Source of the DNA: Octopus vulgaris
Taxonomy: Eukaryota
NCBI GenBank assembly: GCA_951406725.2
Contig: OX597842.1
Location: forward strand, 4,898,001 to 4,962,000
Direction: 5' to 3'
Length of the DNA stretch: 64,000 nt
The notes under the pieces were generated by a model that saw only the letters and a program-made list of their open reading frames with translations, did not search any database and was not told the origin of the DNA. Positions 51,995 through 64,000 of this stretch are shown here, in pieces. The translations under genes were made by a program, and so were the position numbers. How positions within the stretch are numbered: the first letter of the stretch is position 1; every line of letters starts with the position of its first letter.

Positions 51995-53248
51995 GTGGTA
52001 AGCTCTCCAGGTCGTCGGCCCTTGAAGACCTCACTCCCATAACACTGAGTGGGGTATCAGCCCTCTGTTCATCATCATACACAGACCCTTCTTCAGCTTC
52101 TGACACAAGACGTCGGCCTTTTGTAGTGATACGAGGGGACTTTGGTCCTCGTTTGCGTAAGCTGCTAAGTCCTGCATCTTTGTTGCGAGGTGCAGATCCT
52201 TGCTGTTGCTGGGCCTGGTGCTTTGACTTGCTTGCAGGACTGCGGTGTCGATTGGGTCGGAGGGAGTGGACTGTGCTGGTACTAGAATTTGCACTCCTTA
52301 TGAAAGGAGGAGGGTCATCATTTGTGAGATCAGGTCGGTCAAAGTCTTCAATCTCAACATCTGCTTTTGGTTTACTTGCCTGAATTTTGATTGGGACAAC
52401 CTCTGTTGCCAACCCATCAATCACATCTGGCTTCAGAACCTGGATTCCAGGATCACCGTTTTCATCTTGTACCCGACCCCCATGAAGCAGTTCCCTCTCC
52501 AATAGGTTGATGTCATCGGAGGTTGCAGATGTGCGTACGGGCACACGCCGTATTCCTGCATGGGTTGGGTTCATGGTTCGCATCTTGGGCACTGGTGCTG
52601 AGATGACTGGTAGTGGTGGTGGTGGAGTGGGAGGTGTGTCATCATTGCCACCACTCCCACCTTCACCATTGTTGGTGCTGGACAGACGTTGGGTTCGCTT
52701 CTCCGCCTCGTTCTCTGTTGACTGATATGATGCCTGGAACTTCAGGTTACTCTGCAGAGCTTCAATCATAGGGGACCGAGGCCCATTCCCACTTCCTCCA
52801 CTCTCACCCACCCCACCCCTGCCTTTGCTCAACGTATCAAAACTGAATTCACTTGATTTTGTTGGACTCATTGCTAAAGCATCAACGACCAATGGATTCT
52901 CCCCATTACTGACCCCAACCTTAAGCCCATCTCTGTTCTTCTCTTCCTTGCTGTCACTGAACTTTTCAACAACATCAGTATAGCGCAGTGAAGGACTCAT
53001 ACCAACCCTACCCACAGGGCTTCCATTCTTCTCCATGTTGTTGATATAGCACTTATCCATGTCGGGGGACTCGCCATCTCGGAGGACTGGGTCAGTGTGA
53101 CTCCCTCTCAGATAGCTGTTCCGCTGGTAACAACAGATGCCAACGACAGCCAACAGGAGGATCAGCAGTATGACTCCACACACAGACCCAACAATGACGC
53201 CAATCAGGGCAGGATTTGAAACTGAATCATCTCTTGGTCCTGGGTCAT
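51995..53248 (-). CDS. Internal exon of an uncharacterised single-pass transmembrane protein ([29 protein letters not shown], then a disordered cytoplasmic region)
   Basis: 1254-nt open frame with higher GC than the flanks; acceptor CTCTTACAG at 53249, donor GTGAGT at 51994; phase 1/1. Confidence 0.85.
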
Positions 53249-53439
53249 CTGTAAGAGAAGAAGAATTAGAAGATAATCATGTCTGGGTGAGATTTGGGGT
53301 AAAAGAGAACATATCTTTTACTTCTTATTTGTTCAAGTCATTAGACTGTGGCCATGCTGGAGCATCACCTTGAAGAATTTTTAGTTGAATGAATCAATTC
53401 CAATATTTATTTTCTTTTTAAACCTGCTACTTATTCTAC

Positions 53440-53796
53440 TCTTTTACTTGTTTCAGTCATTTCACTGTGGCCATGCTGGAGCACCGCCTTTATTCGAGCA
53501 AATCTACCCCAGGACTTATACTTTGTAAGCCTAGTACTTATTCTATCGGTCTCTTTTGCCGAACTGCTAAGTTACGGGGACGTAAACACACCAGCATCGG
53601 TTGTCAAGCGATGTTGGGGGGACAAACACATACATATATACATATATACGATGGGCTTCTTTTAGTTTCCGTCTACCAAATCCACTCACAATGCTTTGGT
53701 CGGCCCGAGACTATAGTAGAAGACACTTGCCCAAGGTCCCACGCAGTGGGACTAAACCTGAAACCAAGCTACTTACCACACAGCCACTCCTATGCC
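53440..53796 (-). mobile_element. tRNA-derived SINE, family A (minus strand)
   Basis: Reverse complement of the family A consensus; further partial minus copies at ~35635-35820, 36165-36450, 53800-54067. Confidence 0.8.
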
Positions 53797-54181
53797 TAAC
53801 CACTAGGTTATGGGGATGTAAACATGGCAACACTGGTTGTGAAGTAGTAATGGTGGAGACAAACACAAACACAAAAGACACATACCTATCTATACATAAA
53901 TATACGATGGGCTTCTTTCAGTTCCTGTCTAACAAATCTACTCAAAGCTTTAGTCAGCAGCTCAAGGCTTATAGTAGAAAGATACTTGCTCAACATGCCA
54001 CACAGTGGAATTGAACCTAGAACCATGTGGTTATGAAGCTAGCTTCTTACTATGCAGTCATGCCTGTGAGATGGATGATGATGATGATGATGATTGATAC
54101 ATTCCAACAGATTCAAATGCCATATATGCTAGTTGCATTTGCATATGCCACAAGAAAGCAATTTCTCCCTTTCACATCAAG

Positions 54182-54244
<63 letters not shown>

Positions 54245-54799
54245 TATTATTACTGCTGGCTGATGAGACATTTGTCAAAACACTACTATTCCAGAATTCC
54301 TTGCACCAATATGAGTGTTTTGAACATGTTGTTGTAAATGAGAGAAGCTGTCCTTTTGTGACCTACACACTAGCAACCAGCATATTTTGCATTTGGATCT
54401 GCTGGAAACATTAAGAATAAATATGCAAGAACAGGTTCAGGCATGGCTGTGTAGTAAGAAGCCTGTTTCTCAACCACAAGGTTCAGGGTCTTCATGGAGA
54501 GTGTCTTCAACCAAAACCTTGTGAGTGGATTTGGTAGACAGAAACTGAAAGAAATCCATTGTGTGTGTGTGCATGCATATGTGTCTCTTTGTGTCTGTGT
54601 TTGTTGCCCACCACTGCTTGACAACTGGTATTGATGTGTTTATGTCCCTGTAACTTAGCAGTTCAGCAAAAGAGACCAATAGAATAAGTACTAGGCTTTG
54701 GAAAAAGTACTGGGGTCGATTCATTTGACTAAAATTCCCAAAGATGGTGCCCCAGCATGGCTGCATTCTAATGATTGACACAAGTAAAAGATAAGGAAC

Positions 54800-56710
54800 A
54801 TAATATAACTGGTGACACCAGGAGCCAACGAACGAGCCACTATGCGGGCATATGACCAGTTAAACATCACCATTTTCAAAATCAGAATGAAAGCCATCAG
54901 CCAATGAATTTCAACAATGGTAAACAACTCAAGCGAGTTGAGGACTTCAAGTAGCTTGGATCTCTCTGCTACTGATTGTAAGAAAGACCTCCTTATATGC
55001 AAGGGATGAGTGTAGAGTGTCTGTAACAAATTTCAGGCATCAAAACATCTGGTAATCATTTCAAAAATGTGGCTGGCCCTTTTATGGCATGTGCTAAGAA
55101 CATCCTTCTCTATGGAGCCCAAAACCTGGATTATGAAGAACAAGCTTCAAGATTGCCTTCCCATGAGAGCTCAAAATATCTAATGGTGTGACCACAAGAC
55201 CCTTTAGCATTTAACCTGGTCATATCTGGCCAAAATATTCTGTTTTCTGTTCAAACCAGCCTATCCTGGCCCCTCACACCTACTCAACAACATCATATTA
55301 AAAATAAACAATCACATTATCGGATTCTCAAAGCTATGAAATTGTGTATGATCAATGCAAAACAATGCAAATAAATAAGCAGGGAAAAGGTTAAATGTCA
55401 TCTCTGATGGATGACCACTAATGCATATTAATGACTCGTAGGGACATCATATTTTGTTATACAACCATACTAGAAATTATATTAAATGCTTTATAGCCAG
55501 CACTGATTCTCTACAGCATTTTGTAACCGAGTAAACAACAAAGCTGAAAAATGGGTGATGGGTGCCTGTGCCATATTTCAGTTCTTGCTCCTTCCAACCC
55601 ATTAACCCTCCACATATTCACTGGCTATATAGAAAACCTGTAAAGATAACCTTAACAAGTGATTTAATAGCATTGCTAACACAGTAGGACACAGTATTTA
55701 ATATACTTTGTAGTATATTGCGGTTTCATAACAAAACACAATATCCCTACAATATACATGCCAGGACTGCAAGGAGCAAAATTGGCTGCCAGCTGGCAAG
55801 TGCATGAAGCTCGTCCAGTCAATGGCTCTACCTTGCCTCTCTCTCACGACTATCCCCCGCACGCCGCTGGCCACTGCACTCTCTCATGCATACTTCGGTA
55901 GCCCTCTGGCCGATGCTGTTGCTGCTCTGCCAACTGGTTTGCTGTCAGGAACAACATCATTGCTCATGCTTTCCATGCTCACTTGTGGATTTCGTCTCAG
56001 TGTGTGGGGTGCATGTGTGCATACTAAGAAATAAACATGTAAAATTGGTATATTCAATAATGTTACACCGCTATATTTGATGGCTATTTATGTTCATGGA
56101 TGGTTAATGGGTTGGATGTGGTGCTGACGGAGAAGCAAAAACTCCTGAAAAATGGCACAGATGCCCATTATCCATTTTTTTCATCTTCCTGATATCTTGG
56201 ATATGAAACAACATAAAATCAGTGCTGGCTATAATTTCTATAGAAAATCTATAAAGGTAACCTTAACAAGTCCTGGTAAAAATGAACAAAACACATAGGA
56301 AAAGAATCTGCAGCTTATTCTGTCCATTAGTTTGCCTACAAACTAGCAATATATGCAACTATTATTTTTTTTAAATAAGCATTATTTTTGACAGAATAAT
56401 GTGAATGCTAAAGAGTTAATCAACAAGCAGTTTCATCAAGATCTACCCACAGTGACTGAGAGAAGAATGAGAATTGCTGGTCGTTGCATTAGGCACCCTG
56501 AAGAACCTGTGTGTGTCAACTGGTTTTATTGGCAGTCAGTTGAAGGAAGACTCAACAGAGGAAGAAAACATCTAACCTATATGGACAACTTGCTTCAGGA
56601 CAGTGGATTGGCAAATGTTGATGAATTAAAAATATGCAAGTGCGTGACGGATGGTGTGCTCACAGAAAATCATTAAAGCATCTGGGAGGACAACCAAACT
56701 AAACTATTTG
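54800..56710 (+). mobile_element. Decayed RTE-type LINE 3' region split by later MITE-like insertions (~55200-56400)
   Basis: KRVEDFK*LGS and NILLYGA near 54930-55125; RRMRIAGRCIRHPEE..GRLNRGRK..Y.DNLLQD at 56440-56620. Confidence 0.55.
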
Positions 56711-57795
56711 CATGTGGGGCATCTACTGCAGCGCTCCACACCATGGTGAAAAGCACATAGAAACATTATATAAACTGCTTTTTTATTTTTCATACAGAAA
56801 CATATGGATTTGGGTTCAGTCCCACTGCATGACACCTTAGGGAAGTGACTTTTACCTTACCTCAGATCAATCAAAGCCTTGTGAGTGGATTTGGTAGATG
56901 GAAACTGAATGAAGCCTATTATGTATATATATATATGTGTCTGTGTGTTAGTGTCTGTATCCCACCACTGCTTGACAACAAGAACTTAATAAAGAAAAAG
57001 GTGGACTTAAGAATTGTGTTCTTACTAATTCTAGGAGTCATGTCTGTTTAAAACACAACTAATTCATAACGGTTAAGTGATGATATATATAGTATAGAAA
57101 ATAGGTAACTTTGTTGCTATAGATTAGTGTAAACGAGCTAGTTTTAAACTCCATATAAGAAGTAAGAAGCAAGTGGAGTTGAAAATCCAAATAAGGGAGA
57201 ACAGAATTTTTAAATACAGGAGACTGAAATTTATATTTGACCATTAATAATCATTTCAGCTTTTTTACAGATTACAAAAAATGTTTAAGGGCCCTCATAA
57301 ATGGTTAGTGGTATCTAAACTTTGTTTATGTAAATAATATGTCAGAAATATAGAAGGAGATAATTTACAGAAAATAGTTAAAGCAGTAAAAATTAGATAC
57401 TAATAGGCAGTTAATACAAGAATATAAGAAAAGAATAAAAATTACAAGGGAAATAAATATATGAAGATTAGCAGGTATTTTACTTACAGTGTTTGCTGTT
57501 AAAAATATAAAACATCTACGTATATATATATATAGTACTAAGTGAGATAGGGGTTATGAGTGTAACCCAGTATGGGATATCAGTTATCCAATATACTGCT
57601 GGTGAAGTACCCAAAAGGCAAATACATAAATGCTTATAATTGCAAAGCAATTAATTCATTTATTGTATTAGATGGGTGAAGGTAAAATATTTTACCTCAA
57701 ATTCATAATACATAAGAAAATGGAGGAACAGATTCATTTCAATCATCGACTTACAGATATTACCAATTCATATTATTTATTAACTACAGAAATAG

Positions 57796-58185
<390 letters not shown>

Positions 58186-61100
58186 TCATCATCATCATCG
58201 TCGTTTAACGTCCGTTCTCCATGCTAGCATGGGTTGGACGGTTCGACCGGGGTTCTGGGAAGCCAGAAGGCTGCACCAGGCTCCAGTCTAATCTGGCAAT
58301 GTTTCTACAGCTGGATGCCCTTCCTAACGCCAACCACTCCGTGAGTGTAGTGGGTGCTTTTTACGTGCCACCTGCACAGGTGCCAGGCGGGGCTGGCAAC
58401 GGCCATGGTCAGATTGGTGTATTTTATGTGCCACCGGCACGGAAGCCAGTCGAGGCGGTGCTGGCATCGGCCACGAGTCGGATAGTGCTTTTTACGTACC
58501 ACCAGACCAGGGATCCTGGCTGGTTCAATTCGATTTCGATTTCGCTTGCCCCAACATGTCTTCACAAGCAAAGGGGGTTGGCATGGGTGCCTGTCGTACG
58601 GTCGCATTGGAGTATTTTACGTGCCACGGCCACGAGTCGGATAGTGCTTTTTACGTACCACCAGGCCAGGGATCCTGGCTGGTTGAATTCGGTTTCGATT
58701 TCGATTTCGCTTGCCCCAACATGTCTTCGCAAGCATGGGGGTTGGCATGGGTGTCTGTCGTCGGATGAGGTTCTATATCGACTTCGCTTGCCTCAACCGG
58801 TCTTTGTGTCCAAGGGAGGAAAGGCATTCATAAGTGGGCTGGGCTCACTTGTCCTGCCTGGTCTTCTCACGTACAGAATATTTCCAAAGGTCTCGGTCTC
58901 TGGTCATTTCCTCAGTGAGGCCTAAAGTTCGAAGGTCGTGCTTCACCACCTCGTCCCAGGTTTTCCTGGGTCTACCTCTTCCACGGGTTCCCTCAACTGC
59001 TAGGGATTGGCACTTTCTCACACACCTATCTTCATTCATTCTCGCCACATGACCATACCAGCGCAATCGTCTCTCTTGCACACCACAACTGATGCTTCTT
59101 AGGTACAACATTTCTCTCAAGGTGCTAACGCTCTGTCGAGTATGTACACATTACACATCCATCGGAGCATACTGGCTTCATTCCTCACGAGCTTACGCAT
59201 GTCCTCAGCAGTCACGGCCCATGTTTCGCTGCCATGTAGCATGGCTGCTCGTACACACGCATCATACAGTCTGCCTTTTACTCTGAGCGAGAGGCCTTTA
59301 GTCACCAGCAGAGGTAAGAGCTCCCTAAACTTTGCCCAGGCTATTCTTATTCTAGCAGTTACACTTTCAGCGCACCCACCCCCACTACTGACTTGGTCAC
59401 CTAGATAACGGAAGCTATCAACTACTTCTAGTTTTTCCCCCTGGAAAGTGACGGAAGTTGTTTCCTGCAGATTTTCGGAGGTTAATGCTCCCGAGCATCT
59501 GCCACATACAAAAACTATCTTCCCAGTTAGCCTACCTTTGACATTGCTGCACCTCTTATGTGTCCATAGCTTACACTGGGTACATCTTATAGAGTTTCTA
59601 CCTACACCTTTTCTACAGATCGAGCAGGGCCATCTTCCTGAAGATATTTGTGGATTGTCTACCTTTCTACTTATTAGTACTTTGGTTTTAGCTAGGTTGA
59701 CTCTAAGGCCCCTTGATTCTAAACCCTCCTTCCACACCTGGAACTTCTCCTCCAGTTCTGATAGTGACTCAGCAATAAGAGCAAGGTCGTCAGCGTAGAG
59801 GAGCTCCCAGGGACAGCCTGTCTTGAATTCCTCCGTAATTGCCTGGAGTACTATGATAAATAGGAGGGGGCTGAGTACTGAACCCTTGTGGACCCCAACC
59901 TCTACTTTGAATTCTTCTGTGTACATGTTGCAAACCCTAACCTTACTTACGGCATCTCTGTACATGGCTTGCACAGTCCTCACCAGCCATTCATCTATCC
60001 CTAGTTTCCTCATTGACCACCAGATAAGGGATCGGGGGACCCTATCAAAAGCTTTCTCCATGTCAACGAAAGCCAGGTACAGGGGCTTATCTTTGGCTAG
60101 GTATTTCTCCTGCAGCTGCCTTACCAGGAATATAGCATCAGTGGTACTTTTCCCTGGCACGAACCCAAACTGCATCTCATCTAAACTAACTCTCTCTCTA
60201 ATTAGTTGGGCTATGACCCTCTCCGTAACCTTCATTACTTGATCCAACAGCTTGATACCTCTGTAATTATTTGTATCTAGGGCATCACTTTTACGTTTGT
60301 AGCAGTTGACTAGTATGCTGCTGCACCAGTCATTGGGTATGACTCCTTCGTGTATCACCTGGTTGACTATACGGGTGACTAGGTTATAGCCGACACTGCC
60401 AGATATTTTGAGCATCCCTGCAGTAATTCCTGATGGGCCTGGGGCTTTCCCTGTCTTCATGCTTCTAATTGCCTTAGCTACCACGGAACTATCAACTCGG
60501 ATAGCTGGTCCCTCTGTAGGGTCAACATTCGGCAGACTCTCTTTATCCCATTCATTTTCCTCATTCAGTAAACTTTCATAGTGGCGTCTCCAAGCTTCTC
60601 TCTTTGCATCCTCATTTAGCGCAAGTGAACAATCCTCCATGCGAACACATTTCTCTCCTACCACATCACGATTCTCTCTCACACACTGTCTTGCAACACG
60701 AAATACCTCAAGTCTTTCATCCTCACGGTGCAGGAAATTGGCAAATTTTCTCTTATCTGCTTCCCCTCTGGCTAGATAGACCTGTCTCCTAGCTTCCCTT
60801 CTGGCAGTCTGATACCCTTCCCTGCTACCACCATTCTTCCAGGCCTTCCAAGACTGTTTCTTTTGTCTAATAGCCCTGTCAACAATATTGTTCCACCACC
60901 ACGTTATTTTGGGTCTTAAGGGGACTTTGCACCAGCCACAGATCTGGTCAGCGGCTTTCAGCAGGTTGTCCCTCAGAAACATCCAGTTGTCTTCTACCCC
61001 ATGTGTAGCTATACCCCCTTCCACTTCGTCAAAGGCTTCAAGTAACATATCTCTAAATCTCTGTCCATTCGCAGGGGCTTTAAGCTTCCAGACCCTTCTT

Positions 61101-61328
61101 CTCCATGTTGGTCGTCTTCTAGTCGCCCTCTTAGTCCAGATCCTAAAGTCACTAACTACCAGTCTATGTTGTGGGGAGCATTCTTCGCCTGGGAAGGTTT
61201 TGGCAATGAGAAGGTCCCTGTCGTTCGTCAATGATGTGGTCTGCAGTAGGGTGTCATAGAAACCGTATATATATCCATCAGGTAGCCCTGGCTGAGGGGC
61301 ATATATATATACTATGATGGAGCACTAA

Positions 61329-61330
<2 letters not shown>
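58186..61330 (-). mobile_element. RTE-clade LINE, 5'-truncated; near-intact RT region with embedded PHD-type finger; frameshift near 59147; ~650-nt 3' UTR and (GAT)n tail
   Basis: 704-aa ORF with NYRGIKLL, QFGFVPGKSTTDAIF, FVDMEKAFDRV, GVHKGSVLSPLLF, LLYADD, FRYLG; continues in another frame to RRLRWYGHV..GRGRPRKTW. Confidence 0.95.
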
Positions 61331-63182
<1,852 letters not shown>

Positions 63183-63189
63183 GGCCACC

Positions 63190-64000
63190 TATATAAAGGC
63201 CACCTCCAACAGATGCAGGATGGCCACCACAGACACCAACACCAACACACACACCACAAAAATATTTCTACTGAATGTAGGAGGGCTGCTGCGCGGAAAC
63301 TGTAAAAAGAATATTTCATTCCTGAGAGACCTTGCGACATGCAATCAAGCTATATGCATGGCACTCACAGAAACGCATCTTGAACCCGATATAGGTGATG
63401 CAGAAATACACATGCCGCAATATGCAGTCATATGCACAGAGAGAAAAGGGAGGAGCCATGGTGGAGTTGCAATGTACATCCGAGATGACCTCACGCCCCA
63501 GGTCCAGCAGTCATATTCAAACTCAGTATGTGAAACTCAAATTGTACACATAAGACAACTGAATATCGTCATATGCACTACATATCGCCCACCAGATGCC
63601 CCAAAACACTCAGGCATGTTTGAAGACTGCCTAACAAAAATAGGAGAAGTCCTCACCAACCTTGAACAGCACAACAGTGTATTTTTCTTGGGTGACTTTA
63701 ACCTCCCCAATGTGGAATGGCCTGGGGGGCAGATGCTCCCCAGGGATGACACACCATCAGCAGGCACAGGTGGAGTCCCTGCTCCATCTCACAAATGCCT
63801 CTTTCATGGAGCAAATAGTTCTGCAACCAACAAGGGCAGATAATATACTGGATCTCTGCTTCACAAACAATATGGATATTATCCATAATGTTAATGTGAT
63901 GCCGACAATGATCTCGGATCACAACATAATAGAGCTGTCTATGTATGGAACAAAAGCCCCCGTAGACACACAGCCTATACGAAGCACCCACCATCTCTCC
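63190..64000 (+). mobile_element. CR1-group LINE, APE endonuclease domain (frameshifted; runs off the window end)
   Basis: LLNVGGL, ALTETHL, GGVAMY, YRPP, LGDFNLP, then ILDLCFTN and SDHN in another frame. Confidence 0.85.

Noticed and set aside
55804-56080. GC-richer ORFs as an upstream exon or signal peptide of the TM gene
   Set aside because: The listed ORFs are on the wrong strand; the minus-strand ATG frame I read stops quickly, no good phase-1 donor was seen, and the segment lies within an inverted-repeat element

Overview
AT-rich eukaryotic genomic DNA with long (TA)n, (CA)n and (GAT)n microsatellites and a dense SINE/LINE/DNA-transposon landscape. The repeat families look like those of an octopus (inference, not verified). 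Two spliced protein-coding genes converge tail-to-tail. (1) A complete 8-exon REXO4 (DEDDh RNA exonuclease 4) lies on + at 4498-42232; by hand assembly it is 1272 nt / 423 aa, with all introns GT-AG and phases consistent. (2) The 3' part of an unrecognised single-pass membrane protein lies on - (exons 53248-51995 and 47802-46685), with a long disordered tail and a C-terminal PDZ-type motif. Introns and flanks hold decayed RTE, CR1-like, HERO/R4-like, Penelope-like (PLE), gypsy, mariner, piggyBac-type and hAT-type elements. The most notable signal is a set of hammerhead ribozyme (HHR) motifs. One intact type I HHR sits in a non-coding ~500-nt tandem/inverted unit (13396-14366) whose repeat junction falls next to the predicted cleavage site (retrozyme-like), and a diverged relative lies at 44686-45432. 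A Penelope terminal repeat joins a tRNA-like Pol III head to a minimal HHR, and a minimal HHR with a U3-A8 core covariation lies at 62871-62912. An RTE LINE carries a C4HC3 PHD-type finger inside its RT region. All coordinates were read by eye and no searches were run.
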